Source: Rhina ancylostomus
Taxonomy: Eukaryota
Assembly: GCA_030265395.1 (NCBI GenBank)
Contig: JARFYF010000029.1
Coordinates: 10,626,961 to 10,690,960, forward strand
Reading direction: 5' to 3'
DNA length: 64,000 nucleotides
The translations under genes were made by a program, and so were the position numbers. Shown one piece after another: positions 49,735 to 63,130 of this stretch. The notes beneath the pieces were generated by a model. The model was not told the DNA's origin and ran no database searches. It saw only the letters and a list, made by a program, of their open reading frames with translations. Numbering within the stretch: position 1 is the first letter of the stretch; every line of letters begins with the position of its first letter.

Positions 49735-50035
49735 ACAGAGAAGTAGGCCACTCATCTCATAAAGTTCATGACATCCCATTCCCCACTTCCTTTTTAAATT
49801 ATTCTCTCACAAATACCATTTCCTTTGCCTCCCTAGCCACCAATTCTACCATCCACTACACCAGGAGTAATTTACAGTAACCAATTAACCTAAAACCAGC
49901 TCCTCCCTGGGATGTGGGAGGAAACTGGAGTATCCAGGGGAGACCCAATGTGGTCACTGGGAGAACATGTAGACTCCACATAAACAGTAGCTGTGATCAG
50001 AATTGAACCCGGTTCTCTGACGATGTGAGACCGCT
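49735..50035 (-). mobile_element. V-SINE
   Basis: gggatgtgggaggaaactggagtatccaggggagaccca...gggagaacatgtagactccaca...attgaacccgg. Confidence 0.8.
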
Positions 50036-50699
50036 GCAGGGCCGCTTCCAGGCAAAGCTTTTCTTCCTCCCTTCATTAATCGGGGAACATCAAGGGATTC
50101 CAGTGGCTAAAATCAGCAGTCGTTGACCCTTGCACATTGCACAGAAGTGCCACTGCAGGATGCTGAGGAGGTGCCCTTGCACTGTTCCATTTGATCAGCT
50201 GTATTTATGAGGAAGGATGGAAAGGCTGCTCCGAGACTGAATAATTGGCCCCTGGATGTTAGACATCAAAGTGAGTGGTACTTTCACCACCCACAACGTA
50301 GGAATTCATTTCAAGGATTTCTATTATTGCTTTTCCCAACCAATATTTAAAAACACTTTCAGAGTCATTCTACTGCCAGCTGTTAGCTATAACTTTGAAG
50401 GGAGGGTATTTACTGCAGCCAGCTTATACTTACACTCGCCTTATTTGATACAGAAAACTTCCTTCATTTTCATATTAACTTGCTTGTTTCTGAGTTTAAT
50501 GACAATGTACAAACCAACTTACTACAAGCATGGTCAACCAAGATAATTGGTGTTATTTTAAGTCTAAAATTTAACTTGGAGATTTCAGTAATTGAACATT
50601 TAGTGTGGGATTAATTAGTAATCTGATTTATGTGTTGAATCGACTGTATTTAAATTTTAAAATGTGTATATTGTTTGAGGTTTTGTGGCTGGTTGCAGT

Positions 50700-50990
50700 G
50701 GAGTCTTTGTGGACAGACGTGAGGATGGGGTAACGAGCAAGTGGGGATTAGTGCAGAATAAGAGATGGGCAGCTGCACTTCAGTCATGTTGATGCAGTGT
50801 GAGTGAAGGAGAGTATTGGCATAATCCAATCTCAACAAGGGCATGGATAAAGATTTTTGCAGCAGAGGAAATGAGGGCTGAGAATGGGCAATGTGGAGAA
50901 GGTAGGAATAAGTGGGTTGGATGACGCAGACAGTCATGGAATTTGAAACGCAGCTCACTGTCAAACAGGACTTCGGGTTTTAACTAACTC
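50700..50990 (-). mobile_element. Decayed L2-type LINE fragment
   Basis: Minus strand LRLDYANTLL..QLP.SYSA..PHVCP.RLH resembles L2 SRLDY.N.LL..Q..AA..L....H.TP.L..LHW. Confidence 0.5.
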
Positions 50991-51160
50991 GATACTTCTG
51001 AAGGCATTGTGGCAGGCACTGAAACAAGAGTTTCATTAGGTGATGTTATCTCATCCATGATTGATTTTTGGATTAACAATCTGAAAGCTGGTGGATAGAT
51101 GCAGTTAGTTTCATTGAGGTCTGGTATGCTGATCACAGAACTGACAGAAAAGGAGCTGTT

Positions 51161-51458
51161 TGTCACAAATGTTGATCGAGAGCAAACTCACAGAGAACCC
51201 AAATGTGGCACACCGATACAAGACTGGAGTCAGGATACTTTCTCAGGACAAACACAGGCAGTAACTGGAAGGAATCTTGCCTCGNNNNNNNNNNNNNNNN
51301 NNNNNNNNNNNNNNNNNNNNNNNNNNNNNNNNNNNNNNNNNNNNNNNNNNNNNNNNNNNNNNNNNNNNNNNNNNNNNNNNNNNNCAGCTTGGAATCCATG
51401 TGCTGGACAACAAGGCATTAATGGAGCCAAATGAGGGCCAGAACTCAGAACCATGACA
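51161..51458. mobile_element. Solo LTR (or gap-collapsed LTR element) with 5-bp TSD
   Basis: Termini TGTCA...TGACA flanked by CTGTT at 51156-51160 and 51459-51463; gap inside. Confidence 0.8.
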
Positions 51459-51632
51459 CTGTTCACTGGGTTACCAAAGTTGATGACGTGGAGGATGGAA
51501 GAGTAGCCTTCTCTGTGGCACTGGCTGTATTCAGAAGCATGCATTTAAGTAAAAATGCATCATTAACATGTCACTGCACCAACTCTGAGCTGATTTTCTT
51601 TTAACCAGTTAAGAAATGAAAATAATAAAATT

Positions 51633-51965
51633 GGTGGCACAATGGCACTGCAGTTAGTGCTGCTGCTTCACAGCTGCAGGGACCTGGGTTCAATCTTAAC
51701 CTTTTGGTGCTGTGGTGTGGAGTTAACACGTTCTCTCTTTGACCACATGGGTTTCCCCTGGGTGCTCTGGTAACCCCCTGCATTCCAAAATGTGCTGATG
51801 AGGTAATTTACAGTCGCCAATTAACCTAAGTGTGGGTCAGTGGTATGAAGAATCTAATTGATGGTCATGAGAGAGGGGGCTACAGAGAAAATGAGGGAAG
51901 ATGCAGTTGTTCTGCTGGGATGGATGTGGACCTGATGGGGCCTAGTGGCTGCCTCCTATATCATG
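51633..51965 (+). mobile_element. V-SINE
   Basis: ggtggcacaatggcactgcagttagtgctgctgc..gggttcaatc..gtggagttaacacgttctc..gggtttcccctgggtgctctgg. Confidence 0.8.
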
Positions 51966-54199
51966 TAGAGATGCAAGTTAATTTGTAACCGTTATTTTTC
52001 AAGTTAAAGTGTGTGGATGAGGTGGGAAAGATGTAGGATTTTGTCAGAGTATTCTGAGGGTAGTGAGTTTATCAATTGATGAGGTAGCCATTCCACCTTG
52101 AAAAGTGTCTCATTTGGTTCCAGATGCATTGAGTTAATTCTAACCAAATTTGAGCTCGTGGTCAATCCTGCATCAGATCAAAGAAACTTAGCTGAGGTTC
52201 TCACTGCTGGTTGCTGTACAATATCTGGAGCACTGAGAATACCAGGTGAGGGGAGGTTTCTGCTTGGCTGTGATAACCCTCTGTCAGCTGTCATTTCTGA
52301 CTTTTACAGTGACATTCACATCCTGATACTTGGGCCAGGGCTGAAGACCACCCGGTGGGATCATTGTGTGGCACTGTGCAACCTTCAGCACAGAAAATAA
52401 ATCCAATCACTGTGTGCAGAGCTGACAAATTTTTGGCTGCTTTTGCTAATTTTACGAAGGTTTTTAATTTTGTTTTTTAACACCAATGGTGGCCATCTGT
52501 GGTCTTCACTTGAACTGTATTCGGGCAATTAAGTCAGTATCTCTAGAAAAGAAACTGCAGGTTTTGTCAATCAAGAGCTTGCTGACATCAGCTAACTTGT
52601 AACTGAGTAATGCTGAGGAACAGATTAATAATGCAGGACTAAGAAAGGATTGTTGCTGTGAGAAAGCTCTGCAATGTGTGCACCCATTCTTTATAAAGCA
52701 GAAGCGTTCTAGAGAAATGATTATTCCCTGAATTTGTGAAGCATAATTATGGCCCTTGACTCATTTCTGAAGGGAAACTTAAAGTACTCCATTCACTAGA
52801 TGTTGTGATCATTAGAGGATTCCATTTACATTATGTTTAGGGGGAACCAGTTTTCTGTTTTTTATTTTGTTTTAGTAGACCATGTTTGCTCATTTTCTGC
52901 TGTTCAGCTTAGCTCAGCTGCATCTGTATGATGGTGGATTATGAAATGAACAAACAAAGCAAAAGCACACTGGGAGTATGTGTGGAGGTTAATGAATCAT
53001 TACGATTATAGTATTGAATTTCACACTGTTGTACCTGGAAGGTGTTCAAAAGTTATCAGTTTGTTTTGGTATTTGGCACACTTTTTGGGCATGGAAGGGC
53101 ATCTCAGGGCTCTGACTGCAGCTTGGTCTCATTAATCATGTTGCCTTGCTCAGCTGCTAATATTAACTGTTGTGTTTTGTCAATATTTTTCTCTTTCAGG
53201 CAATGCTATTTATTTATTTTCCAAAAACTGGCTAAAATTGTGCAGTGATTTTGTGTGTTTCTCTATTTCAAATGCCCCCGGATGATGTTTGATGTAAGAA
53301 TACGATTATTTCTGCAAATATGATCAGCTGCTTCCAGCACAATTTATTCATGAGGTANNNNNNNNNNCGCTAACTGCAGCCCATGCATCTCCTTGTGTAG
53401 TCACTTTCCAGCTAAGTAGTTTTCATTGGTGATTGTTTAATTAGCAGGCACTAAACAAGCGCAAGTTAGTCTGTTTCTGTGGGTGTATGAATGCATTTCC
53501 ATGTGTCTAAAGAAGACTTGCAGGCAAAGAAGTTCTTTTTGCTTATGCTGTGTTTTTGAGCACAGTATGATTGAATGTTAATGCTTCAAAGTGTGGATTG
53601 TGGAACATGTGCAATTTACTTATTCTGTAAAAGTCACCCCAACACTTCCGTGAACAGTACCTACGAGGGTAGAATGTTGTTTGGCATGTGAGACACAAAT
53701 GGGGATAAAAAAAAACATTATTCATTGTGCAGCGCTTATTTGCTGCATTTCTAGCTGAAATTGTATCCGAGATGTAGCAGTCACCTTTCGGGTGGCAGCA
53801 GTCTGCTCCCTGGTGTGTGAAAGCAGACGTTTGCTTGGAGCAGTCTGAGCCTCCACTGAGGCATGCGCTTACTTTGCCAGGCCTCCACCTGTAAATTAAT
53901 GGAAATGGCGATCTGTTCCATCAGTCGCTGAATCATCAGAGTGTCACTGCCAGCTGGCACTGAGGTGCCCACTGATTCCTGACTGGAATGGATGTGCTCC
54001 TGGCTTCACAGTGGGATTAGATTTTAAAAACTCCCTCATGTCCTTGCCACCTCCTGCAGGCCAAACAATATGACAGGCTGATCAGTGTGCTTCCACAACA
54101 GTTTTCCCCAGCAGTCCTCCAGAGCAGAACTGCCCCCTGGGGACCTGGCACCCTGGCTGCCTTGGCTCTGTGGTGGCACTGTGTAGTCCCATAGTGTCA

Positions 54200-54580
54200 A
54201 GAATCAGATTTATTATCACTGACTTAAATGATGTGAAATTTGTTGTTTTACAGTAGCAGTATAGTGCAAAGACAGAAAATTACTATAAATTACAAAAATA
54301 AGTTATCGTGCAAATAGAAGGAATAACGAGGTGGTGTTTGCGGACCATTCAGAAATCTGATGGTGGAGGGGAAGAAGCTGCTTCTGAATTGTTGAGCATT
54401 GGTCTTCAGGCTCCAGTACCACCTCACCGATGGTAGTAATGTGAAGAGGGCATATCGCAGATGGTGAGGGTCTTTTGTAATGGATGCTGCCCTCTTGAGG
54501 CGCTGCCTTCTTGAAGATGTCCTCGACGGTGGACAGGGTTGTGCCCGTGATGGAGTTGGCTGAGTCTACAACCCTCTGAC
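54200..54580 (-). mobile_element. Rex1/Babar-type LINE 3' end
   Basis: QRVVDSANSITGTTLSTVEDIFK..(frameshift)..DPHHL..LFTLLPS..RFRSSFFPSTIRFLN; tail gaatcagatttattatcactga. Confidence 0.85.
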
Positions 54581-55009
54581 TTCCCAAGTGAAAGACCCAC
54601 AAACCCAGCCTGGTCAGCCCTGAATTTGTATATTTGCAATGGTCCAGTGCACCTACACTTCACCGCTTCCTTGTCGCTGAGGAGCATCAGTGGAGTGGCT
54701 GAGTGGGTAGCACCTCTTCTGACTCTGCAATAAGAAGGAAATGGTGATGAGGAGGGCACAGCACTGTTAAGAGTACCCAGATGACATCGGCTGAGCCTTC
54801 ATTGCTAACGTGGGTAGGGGGAAACGTATATGACAGGGTGAGGGGAAAAGTGTACAGTTTTTACCTGAGAGCTGCTCAAGCAGTGTGTATTGTGGGCTGC
54901 ATGAATGCGGGGTGCTGTGAGTTGTATGAGCTATCTGGGTTTGTCCCAGAGCTTGTGCTGTGGGTCTGCATTATCAGCTGCAATTAGAAGGGTTGGGGCA
55001 CCAAACTTG

Positions 55010-55200
55010 AGTAAATGCTACCTTACTTGGCTGTCGGGTGCGGTCCAATGCAAGACTCATTCCTGGATGTTTGGTTCCATGACCAGTACTTGCCACCTGC
55101 GCTTCTCCTGACATCCTTAGTCAGAGCACATCTCCTCCTCTCTGTTCTTGTCTCCCTGACCGAGAACGAATCTCCAACTAGCACCTCACCAGTCAAACCT
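55010..55200 (-). mobile_element. Possible Harbinger Myb/SANT-like relic
   Basis: Minus strand gagaggaggagatgtgctc (ERR.DVL) and RWQVLVMEPN, paralleling 13630-13835. Confidence 0.3.
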
Positions 55201-55856
55201 GCTTGTAACTCCCAAGATCGATTTCTGCTGTCTGGAAATAGTCCTTACTTTGTATTTGTTCAATCAACAGAAAGCTCTACCTTTTTTGTGATATCAATAT
55301 AGTATTTAAAATTTTAGAGATTTTTCTTGGGAAAAATAGGTATTATATTTACAACATATGTCAGGTGATTTTGGATTATCGAACTGGAATTTTGTGCGAG
55401 GGAAGAAGAGCTTGAGGTCATGGGCTTTTACAATGTTCTTACTATTTTGCTCTCTATTTTATGCTTTATATGTTTTGGGATTGGGATACCAGATCTCATT
55501 AGGATTCTGTATCACATTATTGTGTTGGCCCTGGGATTTTCCTGCTATTTCCTCAATGTTTCTCATTTTGTAGAGAGGGAGGTTAACCTTCCAATTGGGG
55601 ACTTCATTGGAGGAAATCATGGCAAAGTCACACGTGTTAATTGAACCAGATGATGCCACAAGAGAATATTTTGCTCATTTAAGCTAATTCAGAAACGTGA
55701 AGTTCCAGGAATATGTATGGAAATCCTTCTCCATAGTCCTGGGACTTTTAACAGTGGTGCTGAAGCTACAAGTCATGAAGCACTAGTTATGTTTGATCTT
55801 CCACTTTCCTCTGTGACCTTCGAGACCTACATTGGTCCACAAAAGGTGGCATCATC

Positions 55857-56192
55857 GGGTCAGCATAGTGGTGCTGCAGGTAGTGCAGCTGTCTCTTAGT
55901 TCCAGCAACTCCAATTCGATTCTGACCTTTTGGTGCAGCCTGTTTGGGGTTTGTATGCTCTCCCTGTGAGTGTGTCGGTTTCCTCTTGGTGTGCTGGCTG
56001 TTTAATTAGTTGGTAACTGCAAATTTCCCCAAGTGTAGGTGGCTGGTGAGAGAGTGGAAGGTCTTACTCGGCATGTGCAAGAGGATAGAGGCACAAGAGA
56101 TTTCAGATGCTGGAATCTGGAGCAACGCATGAAAAGCTGGAGAAACTCAGCGGGTCAGGTAGCATCTATGGAGGGAAATGGACAGTCAGTAT
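55857..56192 (+). mobile_element. Degenerate V-SINE followed by an inverted Penelope-like terminus (56090-56192)
   Basis: ggtcagcatagtggtgctgcaggtagtgcagctgtctc..ggtttgtatgctctccctgtga; cagatgctggaatctggagcaac..gctggagaaactcagcgggtcaggtagcatctatggagggaaatggacagtc. Confidence 0.7.
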
Positions 56193-59100
56193 NNNNNNNN
56201 NNNNNNNNNNNNNNNNNNNNNNNNNNNNNNNNNNNNNNNNNNNNNNNNNNNNNNNNNNNNNNNNNNNNNNNNNNNNNNNNNNNNNNNNNNNNTGATGGGC
56301 TGAAGAGCCTCCATCTATGTCATAATGAAAGATGGTAATCAGCAAATTTGCTGCCATATCCTGAAGCCAAGTATATCGCACTTGGAACACTCTTTCAATT
56401 TAAACCATAACTGCACCTTAGGATAAAATATCTAAAGGAGAATTCGGGACTGAAATTAGGCAGTATTTATTTGGCTTTCCTCTAGCATAGCCAAGGAAAC
56501 AAAATCCCAGAATAATTTGGAGGTGGAAGATTACGAAGGACGAGTTAAAATGTCCCCCTTTGTTCATATGTAATGATTGTTGCCTGACATTAGTATTTCA
56601 GTAGTTCGGAATGATCCTGTTGCTGCACAGTTGTTGGTCATACCTTCTCCATATGTTTTGTAGGTTACTGTAAAGTTGTCTGAAATTACTCAGAGCTAAC
56701 TGAAGCAGACAAAGTATTGGCCTGCCAGTCAAGCGATTCCTTTCTCCATTATCGACTTCCAGATAATTTGTTGGGCCTGTGTTATTTGGCATTACTTCAA
56801 GGTGGCATTTGCACATCCTCCGCCACGCAAGAGGAATCTTGCACAAACCTTGCACCAGGTTTTGTCGACAGTCACTACCAGATCTGTCAAAGTGTTCCCA
56901 CAGCTTCCTCCTGACGTCCTTCTTTGGGACACCTTCCCAGTTTTTCTTTCGTAACTGTTGTTGATGTGAAATCATATCTTTTTCACAGCCAACATTAGTC
57001 TGAATAAAAAGAATTGCAGCTCGCATTAAGTGGGACTGTTTACGTTGTGCTGCTGCCAGCCAAAAAGATCATCCAAAATAGGGATTGACAGCCTGGCTGT
57101 ATCTGGCTTGCATTGATTTAAATGTTCAAGAACCACCATCTGTTTTGTAGAGTTTGTTCATTTTCATATTTAAATATTTAACGTGAACAAGTCTAATCTC
57201 AACTTTTGACTTTTCTTAATTTTTTTTGATTTTTGTTTTGAATAGTTGTAGTTTCACTCTCTAAGCCAATGAGCATCAGCCTTAAATTTCACTCCCTTCT
57301 GTGCATTCTTTAAGCTCCCCTTATCCATGAAATCTGTGTCCTCTTCCTGTGATCCTATCGTCAATAGACATTGGATTCTCACAGTCCCAGTTCCGCAGCC
57401 CCACCCCACCACCCAGCCACCTCACACCACCAATTTTCCAGCTTTAAAGCTAGCTAGCGTTACTAGGTTGGGGAAGTCCTGCACTGCCCTCCTCCCTTTC
57501 AGAGCTAGAACTAGAAGTGTCTCTCTCAAAAAAAAACCCATCCCCCAATTCCAGATGTCCCATCTTTGCAAGCCACCCGCCATAAAAACCCAATGTGAAG
57601 TTTCAGCCTACTGTGGACTAAACTCAAAAGGGTTTTGTCTCTGATAATGACCACTGAGAATTGTTCTTGTTGACCCTTTTAACCCATTGCAGGCATTCCC
57701 AAGGTAAACCTCTCCTTGCGACTCTCTTCTCTTCCACAGCTCAGTGAAACTGCCCATGCTTAGTTCTACCTGTCCAGTCATAGCAAGGCCGCCTCTAACA
57801 AAGCTTCTCCTTCCACTTGGTAGCCATGGTTTTTGGTGTCCTCTGAAATCCATGATTGCCCCTTCCTTATTTATGAGTCACCCATTGACAATATTATCTG
57901 CTGCCTGGGGTTCAGTTTCCACCTATTTGCTGGCAACTCTCCTCCATCTCACCCTCTCTCCACTGCTTTTGTGTTTCAGGTTTCATGTCTGGTAGCCAGT
58001 CTAGGATGAGCCACACTGTTCTCCAGTTAAACAGTGGCAAGATACAAGTGGCAAGTTTATGTCATCCCCTTTACACATGTGAATATGCAGAGAATGAAGG
58101 GATATGGATCATGTTCTGGCAGAAGAGAATGTTTACTTCGGCAAAGTGTTCAGTAGACATTGTGTGCCGAAAGGCCTGTTCCTGTGCTGTACTGTTCTGT
58201 TTCAATAAGCTTTGTGGCCTTGCCATAAACTTCACCACATACTCTGGCCATCCTTCAGCACTGATCCAGACTTTGGAAGCACCAGGATTCTGCTTGTCTA
58301 TTCTATTTTATCGCCTCCTTTACAAGGACCACCTACTTCTACTTCCATGACGTTGGTAATCTCTGCCCCTGCCTTGATTAGCATTTACAAGGCTGGCTTC
58401 ACTATCCTGTTCCAGCAGGTCTCCTCCTCTCGTAGCTTAGTTCTGCCCTTATTTAACCAACTGTAGCCAGGAGAGCTCGACAACTGGTTTCTCCTTCCAC
58501 ACCTAACCCGTAGCTTCATAAAATCCAAGCTTGGTTCTTCTAAAGGCACCCCCTCCATTCTTTTGTCAACTCCATTTCTCCTGTGATTTTTTTTTCCCCT
58601 GTAAACCAACTCATCAAAACATGTATTGCCTGCACCAAATCATCACCCTCTCAACTGCAAACCTACATTAGCACTTGGTATCCCGTTGTACTGGTGTTTA
58701 AATCCTTCAGATGTTTTGCCCTTTCCCATTTGTTCTATTTGTCACTTGCAGAATTGTTTCTTTGTAAGCAATATGGGCAATATTTGTTCTTGTTCCTCAG
58801 AAATTTGACTTTTATGTAATTTCTGGCAGTCATTGTTGAAATCTATTGCAGTCTGACAGGTCAAGTTAACTGGTCAAAAGACATCAGAAGAAGCAATTTG
58901 CAGTCTTTAATTCAGCACTTCAGTTGATATTTCTGATAATATCTCTGTGTATGTATTTTCTGATGTGAATAGCTATCCATTCTGGAATATTTTAAGTTTT
59001 TTTTTGTATACATTGTGTCTTGTACCTGAATGGTTCATTCACTATCTGCGATCCATTTTCAGTTAATATTAAGGCCATGCACTAGTATAATCAGAAGATA

Positions 59101-59544
59101 TGACTTAGTGTAATATATGAAATGGTTGGATTAATAAACCAATTAAATCTTTTTTCTGAAGCTCACAACCATCATACGATACAGAAGTTGCCCAAAACTC
59201 CTCTGGTAATTCTTTGAAAGAGCTAAACAATTAATCAGATTGTCCTGCAAGTTGTTCTTATTTAAGTGTACATTCCACTACCCTTTTGAAACTTAGTTGA
59301 AACTGATTCCATCACCATCTTGGACAGAACATCCCTGGTCATATAAACTTATCCCAAAATTCTGTTCATTAGTCTATTTCCCAAGTAACTGAAATCATTA
59401 TTCACAATGCAGTTTCGGCACATCATGCTCGCAACTGATAAACTGGTGGAAATTTGACCCAGTACTTGATTCTTGTGTGAAGTTGTATTATAATTACAAA
59501 CTCAGTGGTTTAATGTGCAGGAGGATGTATGATGGAAATATCTC

Positions 59545-60615
59545 AGATGCCTAGTAAATGGATTTTCAGAAGGCATTTGTCAGAGTCCCATGTATAAGAC
59601 TGGTTAGCAAAATGGGGAAAAATGAAAGCATGGATTAAAAAAAAATTAACTTAAGGATAGATAGCAGTGAATTGTAGTAGATTTCAGACTAGGGGATGGT
59701 AGAGACTTGTGTTCTCAAGGCTTCAGTGCCATAGCAACTGCTTTCCTTGGTGTATAGTTGGATAGGAGTGTCCAGGGTAAAATCTTAAACTTTGTAGGTG
59801 ACACTACACTTGGAATTGTGGTGAACAGTGAGAGAGGCAGGAATAAGCTGCAAGGAAGCATTGATAGGCTGTTTGAATGGGAAGATATGGCAGACGAAAT
59901 TTAATAAAGAGAAATGTGATGTGCTTAGGCAGAAAGAATAGGGAAAATCAATATTGACTAAATGGCACAGTTCTAAAGGGTGTGCAGTAATAGTGGGACC
60001 TGGATATACATGTAGACAAATCTTTGAAAGTGGCAGGACATATTAAAAGTATGGATAGTAAAGCCTTTCAGATCCTGGGTTCTTTAAACCGAGGCAGATA
60101 GGTTATTAACTCTGATTATGTTGCAACAGGCATGTTGCACCCACTTCTGGTCACCGCACTCTAGGCAGGGTATGAGAGGGTGCAGGAAAGAGTTACAAGG
60201 AAGGTTCCAGTGACTTGAGTTTATTGCGGCAAAGTTGGAATGGAGTCATGGCCAATGTTCCCTTTGTTCAAAGGGGATTGAGAAGAGATGTGATGGAAGC
60301 ATCGTGGTGGATTAAGAAGTTATTTCCATTAACCGATGTTTCAAGGGCCAGATCTTACAGATTCAAATTAATGGGTAAACGATCAAGGAGCTATGAGAAG
60401 ATTAAACTTGTCTTGCGTGGAAATGGTGCTGATCAGTTATTTGCTGTCTGCAGGGCCAATGGAAGTGGATCCTTTTTTTTCAAATGGAAATTGGACAGGC
60501 ACATGGAGAATAATTTGCAGGGTAATGTGGAAAGAGCTGGGAAATGGAACTGAAATGATTCCTCTTTGAGAAGTAGTATGGACCCAAGTGGTCAAATGGC
60601 CTCCTGTGATTCTGT
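59545..60615 (+). mobile_element. Old CR1 LINE, RT to 3' end
   Basis: atggattttcagaaggcatttg (MDFQKAF), aactttgtaggtgacactacacttgg (KFADDTKLG decayed), ggcagacgaaatttaat, ttctggtcaccgcac. Confidence 0.85.
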
Positions 60616-60859
60616 GGTCAGGAAAACAAATGCGTCATTCCAGATAATCTGTTGCTCAGCACATGGGGCAGATTGGAAGGCAGAGGAGATAGTCCTGAAG
60701 CTGACCATCATTCTCCCACCGTACTAGTTCAACCTTTCTATTACATCCATACTTCTCATGTTTACTTTTTTTGGAGATAAAATTGCACAAACTTGTGCAT
60801 GCTCGGATATGTTGCACAACACATATCAGGGATATGTATAAGAATAACTAATCTCAAAC

Positions 60860-61165
60860 AGTCACAACCATCGTCCCTTGTGTGAGGTATGACTCCAGCC
60901 GTTGGAGTGCTTTTCTCTTGATCTCCACTGACTTCAGTTTTACCTGGGTTTCTTTATGCCGCACTCACCAGTCTCTCCCATCTAGTCTGAAATTTACTGT
61001 GTCAGGGGTGTCACTTTCATGATTTTTGGTCCGTGTTTAGACCAAGACTCGGGTGAGATCTGGAGCCGAGTGGCCCTATTGAAAGCTTAACTGAGCATCA
61101 GTGAGCAGGTTATGTGTAGGTTTTGCTTGATAGCACTATTGATGACAACTTCCATCACTGCATCT
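60860..61165 (-). mobile_element. Internal fragment of the non-LTR family at 40375-42045
   Basis: aggtatgactccagccgttggagtgcttttctcttgatctccactgacttcagtttt..gaccaagactcgggtgagatctggagccgagtggccc parallels 41590-41750. Confidence 0.7.
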
Positions 61166-62104
61166 TTAGAAGGACTCACTCTTGATCGTTTTTGTTTAAT
61201 GATTCCAAAGCAGCAAAAAAAATCCAATCGCGAACTCTGAAGAATTGCTTTTGCCTGAAGACTGGTGAGATCATGGAGCTAGTAGCTAACATTGGATTGA
61301 AGGTTGCATTTGGGGGAGTCTGGTCAAGTACGTGTGGGAGAGGGGATTATGCTGAAAGACTTGGTTGAAAAAAGATACAAGGAGATGTGGGAAGATCATA
61401 AATACGGGCATGAACAGGTTGGCCCAGATGGCCTCTTTCTGTGTATTATATATCCTGTGTAAGTCAATGCAATCCTATGCATTTGTGTTCAGAAATAATT
61501 GAAAATCTAAATGCCTGATGACAAATGATATTTACCCAAGTGTTGAAAGCTGAAGTAGACAGTTTAGATTGTTTTGCAACAACAGAAGTTGGCATTTCCC
61601 ATTCCTTTTGTGCTGTAAGGCAAGTTTCCCAGTGCCCTTTTTTTCACAATCACCCTAGATTAAATAGAAATTAACTGTGTTTAACTACTTTCAATTTGAA
61701 ACCATTTCTTCCCTATTAGCTGCTTGGGAATCGGTTCAAAAGCCTGCAGTACATTCTGTGCCTTCACACAAGAGCCAAGCACCAGCAATTTCCATGTTAT
61801 TTTTCTTTCAACCGACTGTATTCACAGTTGAATGTTGGATGAGAGGTTCCAGGAGCTCTATTAATTATTGTAAATGTAATCGATTTGAGTAAGGAAAAAC
61901 ATTCATTCATTCATTCATTGTTTAGCAATACGTTTGATCAAGCTTTCAACTACTGTTTTACTTTCAGTACAGCTGGCTGTAATGAAGTTGGACATGTTTC
62001 TGGATTCTTGGGCATTCTCTGCCTCCTTCGGTCCACCAATGGTGCTCATGCCTTCAGCCATCTTGCCCCCATGCTGTGGAATTCCCCCGCAAAAGACTTG
62101 AGCA

Positions 62105-62360
62105 TAAAACCTAAGTTGAACTCTGAAGCAGTACTGAAATGGTACAGTATCGGAGGTATTACATGTCGTTGAACAATCAAACTGCGGCCATTTATCGCTG
62201 TCAGCCTGATGCATTTTGAAGAAGAGCAGGAGAGTTATCCATATAAGGCTAGCCAATATTTATCCCTAAGCAACACTTCTGGAAACTCACTGCCTGTCAT
62301 TATCCCACTACTTTTTGTGGGAGCTTGCTGTGGACTAATTGGCTGCTGTGTTTCCTTCAT
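62105..62360 (+). mobile_element. Deu-domain SINE (SacSINE1/AmnSINE1-like)
   Basis: ttttgaagaagagcaggagagttatcc..gccaatatttatccct..tttgtgggagcttgctgtggactaattggctgctgtgtttcct. Confidence 0.8.
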
Positions 62361-62479
62361 TTAAATCGTGAAAACTGGGCCAGATACTGAGATAATATGC
62401 TGACTGCCTTGAATAGAACTGCCAGCATTTCCCTGTGTGAGTTCAGAGTTCCCACATGATCCATTTGATGAGAGAATTT

Positions 62480-63130
62480 AGAAAGAGGGATGATCTCTTG
62501 GAAATGTACAGATTCTTCCTGGGCTTGACACGGTAGATGCAGAGTTGATGTCTCCTCGATTGGGATTTCCAAACCCAGGAGGTCACTGTGTCAAAATAAG
62601 GTCATACAGAACAGGGGAAGAAATCTCTTCAAGAGGGTAATATATCTTTGGAATTCTCTACCCAGAAGGGCTGTGGAGGCTGTTGCTCAGCATCTTGAGG
62701 TTTATGGTGAGAAGGGAAAGATTATGGTGAGGGGCAGCTTTTTACACAAACGGTGTATGTGGAATGAGCTGTCTGCGGAAGTGGTTGAGGCAGGTACAAT
62801 AACAACTTTGAAAAGACAGGTCGACAGGTACATGGATTGGAAAGGTTTAGAAGGTTATAGGCCAAAAGCTGGCAAATGGTACTAGCTTGGTTGGGGCATC
62901 TTGGTTGGTATAGACCAGTTGGGCCAAAGGGCCTGTTTTCGTGCTGTATAACTCTGACTCCATATTCAAATCCGAGATCAATAGATGCTTGGATATTAAC
63001 AGAATCAAAGGATACAAGGTTAGTTCAGGAAAATGGCACTGAGGTAAAAGATCAGCCATGCGTCATTGAATGGCAGAGCAGGTGTGATAGGCCTAATTGC
63101 CTATTCCATTCATTTCTTATGTTTATGTTC
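62480..63130 (+). mobile_element. Nested CR1 3' ends
   Basis: ctttggaattctctacccagaagggctgtggaggct; ggaatgagctgtctgcggaagtggttgaggcagg..gggccaaagggcctgtttt; gatcagccatg..gaatggcagagcagg. Confidence 0.85.

Noticed and set aside
54128-54146. CTCF-like motif (reverse TCCCCAGGGGGCAGT)
   Set aside because: Mismatches in the 5' core and probably inside old repeat DNA; not supportable alone.
56598-57026. 142-aa minus-strand ORF
   Set aside because: Only faint resemblance to a LINE C-terminus (R..GRP.L); no evidence of a gene.
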